Below the pieces are notes generated by a model. That model ran no database searches. It was not told where the DNA came from and saw only the letters and a program-made list of their open reading frames with translations. From the NCBI RefSeq assembly GCF_965214665.1, contig NZ_OZ243970.1, positions 2,640,767 to 2,704,766 on the forward strand: a DNA stretch of 64,000 nucleotides, in the 5' to 3' direction. Below are positions 24,262 through 32,839 of this stretch, piece after piece. The stretch is from Neolewinella sp. (GTDB lineage Bacteria; Bacteroidota; Bacteroidia; Chitinophagales; Saprospiraceae). How positions within the stretch are numbered: the stretch's first letter is position 1; every line of letters begins with the position of its first letter. Made by a program: the position numbers and the translations under genes.

Positions 24262-26442
24262 ATGCCCGCCGATAATAAAATTCAATCCTACGCCCACGTC
24301 GTCGTGCTGGATGCTGCGTCCCTGCGCGTGCGGGCCGTCAGCGATAACGTGCAGGACATCACGGGCGGGGACGCAGGTGCAGTACTGGGAGAACCGGCTA
24401 CCAGTCTGTTTTCGCAGACCATTCTCGATGAACTCCCCATCAACCGCGCGCGCCGCGTTCCCCTCCCCCAACGCATTGGTAGCGGCGGGCCGGTAGACTG
24501 GGGGCAGCGCCAGCTTATCCCCTTTTTTTACGACGAGACCATCGTGCTCGAGATCGAGCCCTACCTCCAAAACGAGCTCGGTAGTCTCGACCGCGAGGTA
24601 GCCCTCAACGACATCACCGAGGACCTGCTGGAAGCAGACGATCTCGACGAGCTGCTCGACCTGGTGTGCCGCAAGCTGGCCGGCTACCTCCGCTTCAACC
24701 GGGTTATTGCGTATCAATTCGAGGAGGAAGGCGACGGGATCGTACGCAATGAGTACACCGATGGTGAGCTACCCTCGTTGCTGGGCCTGCGCTTTCGTCC
24801 CTTCGACTTTCCCGAGGAGGGCTACAAGCTCCACGAGCGGGAGACGGTGCTCAATTTCAGCATCTCGGCCTTCCCCTTCGTTTCCGTGCGCGGCGATCTC
24901 GACGGTGGCGAGCAGGCGGTCAACTACCACCTGGGCTGCCGTACCCCCTACCCCGCCTTCGAGCGCTTCATGGTGGAGTCCCACTTCAAGACCCTGCTGA
25001 GTATCGCCATCGTAGTCGACGGTAAGCCCTGGGGCATGCTCTTCGGCCACGCCATCCCGGAGACCAAGCTCGACTACCAGTTGCGCACCTTCGCCCACCT
25101 CATCGGTACCCTTACCGGACAAAACATCGCCTACCGGCTGCTCGCGGAGTTGCGGCAGCGGTTGCTGACCTCCGATGTCATCCGCTCTCGCCTGCGCGAG
25201 CGCATTGCCAGTGCCCCCAGTATGATGGAGGGACTGCTGGGCGAGGACCCCTCCCTGCTGGACTACCTACCCGATACCACCGGAGTGGCTATATACATCG
25301 AGGATCAGCTCACTACCCTAGGCGCTACGCCCTCCGAAGACCAGATCCTCCAGGTCGTTCGCGGGGCCCAGTCCGCCGTGGGTACCCAGGACTACCTTGC
25401 CATCACCAAACTCGGAGAGCACTTTTCCGGTGAGGAACTGCGCAAGTCGGCCGCCGGCATCCTCTTTCTGCCCCTCAACGCCAGCCGTACGGAGTGGATC
25501 GTCTGGTTCCGGCCCGAGCATGTGGAGGAGATTCTTTACGGCAGCACCGCGGACGATCACCCCGACGGGGAGATTGCGCGCTATGTGCCGGTAGTAGAAT
25601 CACGCCGTGGGTATGCCATACCCTGGACCGCCCCCCAGCTCCGCGCCGCCACCGAACTACAAACCTTCGTACGCGACGTGGTCATGGAACGCTACACCCA
25701 CCTGCGCCGCGTCAACGAGCAGCTCAAGACGGCCTACGCCGAGATGGAAGACTTCAGCTATATGGTCAGTCACGACCTGCGTGCCCCCCTACGTGGCATC
25801 GATGGGTTCGCCGAAATCTTGCTCGAGGACTACGGCACCGGGATCGGGGAGGGTGGCAAGGAGCTTATTCACACCATCCAGTACAATGCCGCGCGGATGA
25901 ACCAGTTCATCGCTGATATCCTGGAGCTAAGCCGCGTGGGCCGGGCTAAACTTATCGTCAACGAGCTCGATGTACCCCGGCTGGTGGAGGAAGCCGTAAA
26001 GGAGGTCAATCAGCAGATGGGGCTCAACGCCACGGTGCACATCGACCGCCCCCTGCCGTCGATCCGGGGGGATCGGGAGCAATTAGCCGTGGTATTCCGC
26101 CAACTTATTTCCAATGCCATCAAGTACAGTGCCCTACAGGCCGACCCCCAGATCAACGTAGGCTTCCGGCCCCACCCCCACCGTAGGCAGCAGGGCGAGT
26201 TTTACGTCTCCGATAATGGGATTGGCATTGCCCCCCAGCACCAGCAGCGCGTCTTCGGTATGTTCAACCGCCTGGTGACCCAGGAGGAGTACGCTGGCAA
26301 CGGGGTGGGACTGGCCATCGTGCGCCGCATCGTCAAGCGGCACCACGGGGAGGTACGTATCGAAAGCAGTCCCGGCCGGGGTACCACCCTGCTCTTCTAC
26401 ACCGACCTGCCGGCGCCGGCGGTGGGCCAAACATTCCAGTAA
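24262..26442 (+). CDS. Phytochrome-like sensor histidine kinase with degenerate chromophore-site motifs
   Basis: PAS-GAF-PHY-like N-terminal part colinear with the downstream BphP (IQSYAHVVVLDAASLRVRAVSDNV versus IQVVQAHACLLAVEIDSLTVRYVSENT). HisKA H-box SHDLRAPLRGI and HATPase boxes (SNAIKYS, DNGIGI, GNGVGLAIV) are present. It lacks the N-terminal Cys, has DFP in place of DIP, and TPYPAF in place of SPVHLEY. Confidence 0.75.
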   Translation: MPADNKIQSYAHVVVLDAASLRVRAVSDNVQDITGGDAGAVLGEPATSLFSQTILDELPINRARRVPLPQRIGSGGPVDWGQRQLIPFFYDETIVLEIEPYLQNELGSLDREVALNDITEDLLEADDLDELLDLVCRKLAGYLRFNRVIAYQFEEEGDGIVRNEYTDGELPSLLGLRFRPFDFPEEGYKLHERETVLNFSISAFPFVSVRGDLDGGEQAVNYHLGCRTPYPAFERFMVESHFKTLLSIAIVVDGKPWGMLFGHAIPETKLDYQLRTFAHLIGTLTGQNIAYRLLAELRQRLLTSDVIRSRLRERIASAPSMMEGLLGEDPSLLDYLPDTTGVAIYIEDQLTTLGATPSEDQILQVVRGAQSAVGTQDYLAITKLGEHFSGEELRKSAAGILFLPLNASRTEWIVWFRPEHVEEILYGSTADDHPDGEIARYVPVVESRRGYAIPWTAPQLRAATELQTFVRDVVMERYTHLRRVNEQLKTAYAEMEDFSYMVSHDLRAPLRGIDGFAEILLEDYGTGIGEGGKELIHTIQYNAARMNQFIADILELSRVGRAKLIVNELDVPRLVEEAVKEVNQQMGLNATVHIDRPLPSIRGDREQLAVVFRQLISNAIKYSALQADPQINVGFRPHPHRRQQGEFYVSDNGIGIAPQHQQRVFGMFNRLVTQEEYAGNGVGLAIVRRIVKRHHGEVRIESSPGRGTTLLFYTDLPAPAVGQTFQ

Positions 26443-26505
26443 ACCTTCCCGTTATACGGGGAGGCGCAAGCTGGCCGTTATTTCGTTCGCTCTCCCGACA
26501 CTCCC

Positions 26506-26940
26506 ATGTACAACAATCAAATCTTACTCGCCGAAGACGACACGACCGACGCCGATTTTTTTAAACGTGCCCTCAATCGTCTCGATGCGCCGCCCGAACT
26601 TGTCTGGTGTCGTACCGGCACCGAGGCCTACGAGGGGCTCCAGCGCAGCAGTCATGCCGATACCGCCTCCCTACCCCGGTTAGCTATTTTAGACATCAAG
26701 ATGCCCGGCATGAACGGCCTGGAGCTGCTGGAAAAGATCAAGACGGACGACCGACTTAAGAATATGCCCGTGATCATTATGTCGAGTAGCGACGAGCCGC
26801 AGGATATCGCCCGTGCCTATGAAAGTGGCGCCAATGGCTACCTGGTAAAGCCTAATCGCTTTCAGGACCTGCGGGAGCTGGTAGGCTCCATCAATTACTT
26901 CTGGATCAAAACGAATCGGCTGCGCCCCCTACCTAGCTAA
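26506..26940 (+). CDS. Single-domain response regulator (receiver only)
   Basis: ILLAEDDTTD...LAILDIKMPGMNGLELL...PVIIMSSS...GANGYLVKP. At 144 aa it has no output domain. Confidence 0.85.
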   Translation: MYNNQILLAEDDTTDADFFKRALNRLDAPPELVWCRTGTEAYEGLQRSSHADTASLPRLAILDIKMPGMNGLELLEKIKTDDRLKNMPVIIMSSSDEPQDIARAYESGANGYLVKPNRFQDLRELVGSINYFWIKTNRLRPLPS

Positions 26941-27032
26941 CCCGCCGCTTTCTTTGGCCTACCTATACAACAAGGTGTTTTGTTTTGCATTAATCTCTAA
27001 GCGCGGCACGGCAGCGTAGTATAATCCAGCTT

Positions 27033-29345
27033 ATGTCTTTAGCTTCTGATCCGGTCGCGGAGTCCATCCGGGAAGTGTACCCTTACCGGGTAGACCTGGA
27101 GAACTGTGACGTGGAGCCCCTGCGCCACATTCAGGTGGTACAGGCCCACGCCTGTCTGCTGGCCGTAGAAATCGACTCCCTCACCGTCCGCTACGTCAGT
27201 GAGAATACGGATCGCTTCCTCGGCAAGTCGTGGGAGGAGGTGATCGATACTCCCCTGAGCACGGTATTCAAGCCCGAAGTCGTAGGGCAAATTCCACTGG
27301 GCCTGAGCCGCTCCGAAGGCTTTGATACCATCAACCCCATTTTGTCCGTCATCGAGGTCAATGGGCAGTCCCTACTGCGCAACGTCATCATCCACCGCTC
27401 CGGCAAGCTGCTGATCCTAGAGGTAGAGGCCACCGAGCGCGATACGCGTACCACGCGCTACCAGCAACTTCTGGCCCGGTCCATCTACCGCATTCAGAAC
27501 ACCACCGATCCGGTTAAGCTGTTCCCCGAGACGGCCATGATCGTCAAGCAGGTGTCGGGCTACGACCGCGTGATGGTCTACCAGTTCGATAAGGAGTACA
27601 ACGGGGAGGTCATTGCCGAGGCCCGCAATGAAGATTTAGAACCCTATGAGGGGCTGCGCTACCCCCACACCGATATTCCCAAGCAGGCCCGGGAGCTCTA
27701 CCTGACCAATCGCGTACGTCTGATTAGCGGTACGTCCGAAAAACCGGCCCGCATCCGCCGCAGTCGGGAAGTGCCGCAGGGCGAGCCCCTCGACCTCACC
27801 CATGCGACCAGTCGGGGCGTATCTCCGGTGCATCTGGAGTACCTCGGTTATATGGGAGTCGATAATTCTCTCAGTGTAGCCATTATCCTACAGGATAAGC
27901 TCTGGGGGCTGTTTGCTCTTCACCACTACTCGCCGCGTACCATCGACTACGAGGTGCGTAACGTGCTGCTATTCATCGGTCAGATTTTTAGTGGTCACCT
28001 GGCGCTACAGGCCGCCAACCGCTACCGCGAGCAGACGCTGACGCGTAACCTGGCCCGCCTGGCCATCGGCGAGCAAATCACCAAGACGCGCGATATCTTC
28101 GAGGGGCTCACCTCCGGGAGCTACTCCATCATGAGCATGTTTCCGAACACAAATGGAGCGGCGATCTCCTTCGAGGACCGGCTACAGTGTCACGGCAAGT
28201 ACCCCGCCTGCGAACACCTCGGAGAGCTCGTAACGTGGGTGAAGGATACCCAAATCACCCCCCAGGACCTCTACTACGAAAATGACTCGATCGGGAACCA
28301 CTTTCCCCTCTTCGAGCAATACTGCGATACGGCCGCCGGCTTCCTGCTGGTATTTCTCAACCCCGCCCAGACCGACTGGCTCTGCTGGTTCCGCCCCGGG
28401 CTGGTGCAGCAGATCACCTGGGGCGGTAAGCCCGAGAAGAACCTCATCGTCACCAATGAGACCCGCCGTATGGGGCCCCGCAAGAGTTTTGCCCGCTACG
28501 TCGAGACTGTGGAGGGCTGCGCCGCACCCTGGTCCGACAGTGAGATCGATACCGCCCTGGCCCTGCGCACCACCGTCATCAACAGCCTCCTGCAACGCTA
28601 CAGTGAGGTCAAGGAGATCAACGAGCGGTTGCAGAAGGCCTACGAAGATCTGGAGACGTTTAGCTACACCGTCTCTCACGACCTGCGGGCACCACTACGG
28701 GCCATCAGCGGCTACGCCGAGATCATGGAGGAAGATTACGGACCAAAACTCGATGAGGAGGCCAGGGGGCTCCTACAGGGCATCCAGCGGGGTGTAGATC
28801 AGATGAACAACTTCATCACCGACATCCTGGATCTGAGCCGGGTGGGAAGTAGCGGATTTCAGCTCGAACGCACGGCGGTCGCTCCCCTGGTACGCGACGT
28901 CCTGCTGGAGCTTAACCTCATTTACCCCCGTTCCGTGGACATCACCGTCACCATAGATGAAGATATGCCCTCCGTGGTAGCCGACCCCCGTCTCCTTCGC
29001 CAGCTGTACACCAACCTGCTATCCAACAGCCTGAAGTACGCTACCCGCGGTGCGGACGGCAAGCTGGCAATCCGCATCGGGTCCTACCATAATCCGACGA
29101 CGGGCTTTCAGGTGTATACGGTAAGTAATACGGGCCCGGCCATTCCCGAGGAGTACCGGCAAACAATCTTCCAGATGTTCTCCCGCATGTCCTCGACGAC
29201 TAGTACCGATGGTACGGGTGTGGGCCTGGCCATCGTGGAGCGCATCGTCGGTCGCCACCTCGGTAAGGTGTGGGTCGACGAAGACCAGTTAGGCGTAACC
29301 TTTCATTTTTACCTCAATGCCGATAACATCCGTAATGATGGATAA
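27033..29345 (+). CDS. bphP: Bacteriophytochrome-type sensor histidine kinase
   Basis: N-terminal LENCDVEPLRHIQVVQAHACL aligns with the canonical CDREPIHIPGSIQPHGAL, with the Cys conserved. The GAF domain has YPHTDIPKQARELYLTNRVRLI and SRGVSPVHLEYLGYMGVDNSLSVAI. A PHY region, H-box SHDLRAPLRAI and HATPase boxes follow. Confidence 0.85.
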   Translation: MSLASDPVAESIREVYPYRVDLENCDVEPLRHIQVVQAHACLLAVEIDSLTVRYVSENTDRFLGKSWEEVIDTPLSTVFKPEVVGQIPLGLSRSEGFDTINPILSVIEVNGQSLLRNVIIHRSGKLLILEVEATERDTRTTRYQQLLARSIYRIQNTTDPVKLFPETAMIVKQVSGYDRVMVYQFDKEYNGEVIAEARNEDLEPYEGLRYPHTDIPKQARELYLTNRVRLISGTSEKPARIRRSREVPQGEPLDLTHATSRGVSPVHLEYLGYMGVDNSLSVAIILQDKLWGLFALHHYSPRTIDYEVRNVLLFIGQIFSGHLALQAANRYREQTLTRNLARLAIGEQITKTRDIFEGLTSGSYSIMSMFPNTNGAAISFEDRLQCHGKYPACEHLGELVTWVKDTQITPQDLYYENDSIGNHFPLFEQYCDTAAGFLLVFLNPAQTDWLCWFRPGLVQQITWGGKPEKNLIVTNETRRMGPRKSFARYVETVEGCAAPWSDSEIDTALALRTTVINSLLQRYSEVKEINERLQKAYEDLETFSYTVSHDLRAPLRAISGYAEIMEEDYGPKLDEEARGLLQGIQRGVDQMNNFITDILDLSRVGSSGFQLERTAVAPLVRDVLLELNLIYPRSVDITVTIDEDMPSVVADPRLLRQLYTNLLSNSLKYATRGADGKLAIRIGSYHNPTTGFQVYTVSNTGPAIPEEYRQTIFQMFSRMSSTTSTDGTGVGLAIVERIVGRHLGKVWVDEDQLGVTFHFYLNADNIRNDG

Positions 29346-29781
29346 GGGAGTGAGTACCGAGGTAGCCCCCTATATTCTCTACGCGGAGGATAACCCCGCC
29401 GACTCCCACTTCCTACTACGCGCCTTTGGCCGCGATCATCCAGATCAGGAACTGATCCACCTGGAGAACGGGCAACTGGTCAAGGAATACCTACTACAGC
29501 TGCTGGTCAAGGGTGCCCCACTCCCTACCCTGACTGTGCTCGACATCAAAATGCCCGGCCTGAGTGGCCTGGAGGTGCTTGAGTTCATCCGCCACCACGA
29601 CCGGCTGTACCACCTACCCGTAATTTTGCTCAGCGCCTCCGAGGAAGAGCGGGACCTCGACCGGGCCTACAGAAGCCGCGTCAACGCCTACCTGGTCAAG
29701 CCCGGCCGCTACCGCCAGCTCCGCGAACTGATTGGCACCATCCAGCAACTGTGGATCCGTCACAATCGGGTAGCAGTATGA
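29335..29781 (+). CDS. Single-domain response regulator (receiver only)
   Basis: ILYAEDNPAD...LTVLDIKMPGLSGLEVL...PVILLSAS...VNAYLVKP. The ATG at 29335 overlaps the bphP stop (29343-29345) by 11 nt. Confidence 0.85.
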   Translation: MMDKGVSTEVAPYILYAEDNPADSHFLLRAFGRDHPDQELIHLENGQLVKEYLLQLLVKGAPLPTLTVLDIKMPGLSGLEVLEFIRHHDRLYHLPVILLSASEEERDLDRAYRSRVNAYLVKPGRYRQLRELIGTIQQLWIRHNRVAV

Positions 29782-30305
29782 GCGTCAGTCCCCTACTACA
29801 GGCCCTGCGCAGCGGCACCCAGACCGCCCACCAGCAACTGGAAGATGTAACCCTGGGAAACAAGATCATGGACGGGAGCCTCACCCCCGCCGAGTACCAC
29901 CGTATCCTGGCCTGGCAACGGGCCGTGCACGAAGTGCTCGAACCGAGCGTGGTTGGCTTTACGCTGGGGGAGTACCGCTACCGCCCCCGCTTTATCCCCA
30001 ATACGCAGGACGCTGCTGTAGCCGATGAACTTCCTACTACCGTCGGACGGGTGTACGTCCTGGAAGGGGCCAGCCTCGGTGGCAGCATGATCTACCGCAA
30101 GCTCCGGACCAATGCTAAGCTGACCCAAGAAGCCCCCTTCACCTTCTACCACCACCAGGCCGACTGGGGCTTACGCCAGTGGCGTAGCTTCGTCGGTGCC
30201 CTGAACGCACGGACATTTACCGAGGAGGAAATTCACCAGGCGGTCAAAAGCGCGCAGGACACCTTCGCCACCTTCGCCCGGCAGTGGGCGGCTACCGCCG
30301 GCTAG
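29778..30305 (+). CDS. bphO: Heme oxygenase (biliverdin-producing, BphO-like)
   Basis: LLQALRSGTQTAHQQLED and YVLEGASLGG are heme oxygenase family motifs. The start forms an ATGA overlap with the receiver gene's stop (29778-29781). Confidence 0.65.
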   Translation: MSVSPLLQALRSGTQTAHQQLEDVTLGNKIMDGSLTPAEYHRILAWQRAVHEVLEPSVVGFTLGEYRYRPRFIPNTQDAAVADELPTTVGRVYVLEGASLGGSMIYRKLRTNAKLTQEAPFTFYHHQADWGLRQWRSFVGALNARTFTEEEIHQAVKSAQDTFATFARQWAATAG

Positions 30306-30318
30306 TTACCTTCGCCGC

Positions 30319-31230
30319 ATGCCTACCGCCGAGCCCACCCGCGACGAGATCACGGCCTACTTCCGTAGCTTACAGGACGACATCTGCGCCCGGCTCTCCG
30401 CGGCCGACGACGACATCCCCTTTACCGAAGACGAGTGGGAACGCCCCGGCGGCGGGGGTGGCCGGGCCCGGGTACTACTGGGCCACCACATCGAAAAGGG
30501 CGGCGTCAACTTCAGTGCCGTACACGGGGAGCTGCCGCCGGCCGCGGCGGCTAGTCTGCATACCGAGGCCGGCGAGACCAGCTTCTACGCTACGGGCGTC
30601 AGCATCGTGCTGCACCCCCGCAACGTGCACGTGCCCATCATCCACATGAACGTGCGCTACTTCGAGCTTGACGGGGGCCGGCGCTACTGGTTCGGTGGGG
30701 GCATCGACCTGACGCCCCACTACGTCGTGGCCGAGGATGCCCGCTTCTTCCACGCCCAGCTCCGCCAGACCTGCGACCGCTTCGATGCCAGCTATTACCC
30801 CCGCTTCAAGAAGTGGGCCGACGACTATTTCTACATCCCCCACCGGCAGGAAACGCGGGGCGTGGGCGGCATTTTCTTCGACCGCCTGCAGCCCGCAGCG
30901 GAGCAAAAGACCAAACGGGAGCTCTTCGATTTTACGGCTGCCGTAGGGGAGACCTTCGTGCCCACCTACCTGCCCCTGCACCTGCGTTCGCGGCAAAAGG
31001 AGGTTACGCCGGAGCAGCACCGCTGGCAGGAGCTCCGCCGGGGACGGTACGTAGAGTTCAACCTGGTGTGGGACCGGGGCACCAAGTTCGGACTGACCAC
31101 CAACGGCCGCACGGAGAGCATCCTGATGAGCCTGCCCCCCCTGGCCGGCTGGACCTACGACTACCAGCCCACCCCGGGAAGTGCGGAAGCCGAGACGCTG
31201 GCCCTACTACGCAAGGGGGTGGACTGGTGA
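30319..31230 (+). CDS. hemF: Oxygen-dependent coproporphyrinogen III oxidase
   Basis: WERPGGGGGRARVL...IEKGGVNFSAVHGELP, RNVHVPIIHMNVRYFE, WFGGGIDLTPHY, RGVGGIFFD and EFNLVWDRGTKFGL are all HemF hallmarks. Confidence 0.9.
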   Translation: MPTAEPTRDEITAYFRSLQDDICARLSAADDDIPFTEDEWERPGGGGGRARVLLGHHIEKGGVNFSAVHGELPPAAAASLHTEAGETSFYATGVSIVLHPRNVHVPIIHMNVRYFELDGGRRYWFGGGIDLTPHYVVAEDARFFHAQLRQTCDRFDASYYPRFKKWADDYFYIPHRQETRGVGGIFFDRLQPAAEQKTKRELFDFTAAVGETFVPTYLPLHLRSRQKEVTPEQHRWQELRRGRYVEFNLVWDRGTKFGLTTNGRTESILMSLPPLAGWTYDYQPTPGSAEAETLALLRKGVDW

Positions 31231-31263
31231 GCCGTTTGCTCCCCTCATGCGTTCACCTGAAGT

Positions 31264-31860
31264 ATGCCACGCGAAACCGCCTTTGACGAAACCACCATCC
31301 TGGAACGGGCTCGTGACCTGTTCTGGGAGAAGGGCTATACCGCCACCTCGATCCAGGACCTGGAGCAGGCACTCGGTATCCGGCGTAGCAGCATCTACAA
31401 TACCTTCGGGGGCAAGCGGCAGCTCTACGATCGTACGCTGGCGCAGTACCAGGAAGAGAATCTGGGCCGGTTGCGAGCGGTGCTGCACAATACCCCTGAT
31501 CTACGGCAGGCATTGGTAGAGCTGTTTACTCAGGCGGCTACCGTGGTGCACCCCGAGTGCCTCACCTCGGCTCGCGGCTGCTACATCGTCAACGCCACTA
31601 CCGAGATGGCCAATTCGTGCGCCGACGCCCTGACCTTCGTGAGCCGGAACCGCGAGCAGTTCACCGGCATGTTGCAGGAAGCCCTGGCGGGGGCGCAGGT
31701 GCAGGGTCAGTTGCACGAGCAGGCTGACCCGGCGGAGCTAGCCGATTTTCTCTTCCTCTGCTATAATGGTCTCCAGGTCATCGTCCAGACCAAGATCGAA
31801 CGCACGGCTCTGCTACGCTCCGTCGAACGCTGTATCGCCAGTCTGCCGTGGATAGCGTAG
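31264..31860 (+). CDS. TetR/AcrR family transcriptional regulator
   Basis: N-terminal HTH ILERARDLFWEKGYTATSIQDLEQALGIRRSSIYNTFGGKRQLY. Confidence 0.85.
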   Translation: MPRETAFDETTILERARDLFWEKGYTATSIQDLEQALGIRRSSIYNTFGGKRQLYDRTLAQYQEENLGRLRAVLHNTPDLRQALVELFTQAATVVHPECLTSARGCYIVNATTEMANSCADALTFVSRNREQFTGMLQEALAGAQVQGQLHEQADPAELADFLFLCYNGLQVIVQTKIERTALLRSVERCIASLPWIA

Positions 31861-32774
31861 ATCCCGTACCGTTCCAGAACCGCCTACGTAAGATGGCGCG
31901 CCACCACGGCAAGTGGGCCCGGCGGCAGGGGCTGGAGGCCTACCGTATTTACGATACCGACCTCGACGAGTTCCCCGTGACGGTAGACCGGTACGGAGAC
32001 CGACTCTACGTAGCCGTGTATGCCAAGGGGGAAACTACGGAGGCGGATACGGAACCGTACCGGGGCTGGATCGCCGGGACCCTCGATGCGGTACCCGACC
32101 GAATTCACTTCAAGTTGCGGCAGCGGCAGTCCGGCACCCAGCAGTACGAACGCCTAGCCGAGGAGGAGCAGGAGTTCGCGGTGCGGGAGTACGGTAGGCA
32201 GTTCCTGGTCAACCTGACGGACTACCTCGACACGGGGCTGTTCCTGGACCACCGGCTGACCCGTAAGCTAGTGGGCGAGCAGGCGGCCGATAAGCTGGTG
32301 CTCAACCTGTTTGCCTACACCTGCTCCTTCGGGGTGTATGCTGCCACCGCCGGGGCCACCCGCGTAGACAACCTCGACCTAAGCAACACTTACCTCGACT
32401 GGGGGCAGCGCAATTTCCGCCTCAACGGTATCAACCCCAAACAGCACGGTTTCATCAAGGGCGATGCGCTGCAGTGGCTGTCCGGCCCCGTGCGCGATCG
32501 CTACGACCTCATCGTACTTGACCCGCCCACCTTCTCGAATAGCAAGATGATGAATGACGTACTGGATACCCAGCGGGATCACGTGGCGCTGATTAATGAT
32601 TGCCTGCGGCGGCTAGCGCCGGGGGGCACGCTATACTTCAGTACGAACCACCGGCGGTTCAAGCTGGAGGAGGAGGCGCTAGCGGGGACGGCGCGGGAAA
32701 TTACGGGGCAGACCTTGCCGCCTGATTTTCGGCGGCGGGGGCTGCACCGGTGCTGGATGGTTCGTGGCTTCTAG
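31848..32774 (+). CDS. Class I SAM-dependent rRNA methyltransferase (RlmK/RlmL C-terminal domain-like)
   Basis: FQNRLRKMARHHGKWARRQGLEAYRIYDTDLDEFPVTVDRYGD parallels E. coli YcbY ...NRLRKN..KWA.QEGIECYRLYDADLPEY. NLFAYTCSFGV and LDPPTFSNSK are also present. GTG start overlapping the tetR 3' end. Confidence 0.75.
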   Translation: MDSVDPVPFQNRLRKMARHHGKWARRQGLEAYRIYDTDLDEFPVTVDRYGDRLYVAVYAKGETTEADTEPYRGWIAGTLDAVPDRIHFKLRQRQSGTQQYERLAEEEQEFAVREYGRQFLVNLTDYLDTGLFLDHRLTRKLVGEQAADKLVLNLFAYTCSFGVYAATAGATRVDNLDLSNTYLDWGQRNFRLNGINPKQHGFIKGDALQWLSGPVRDRYDLIVLDPPTFSNSKMMNDVLDTQRDHVALINDCLRRLAPGGTLYFSTNHRRFKLEEEALAGTAREITGQTLPPDFRRRGLHRCWMVRGF

Positions 32775-32839
32775 CCGCGGCCGGCCTGGCAGGCCCGGCA
32801 AGGATGCCGGGAACCATGCCGGGAGCCAGTAGGGGGCCG

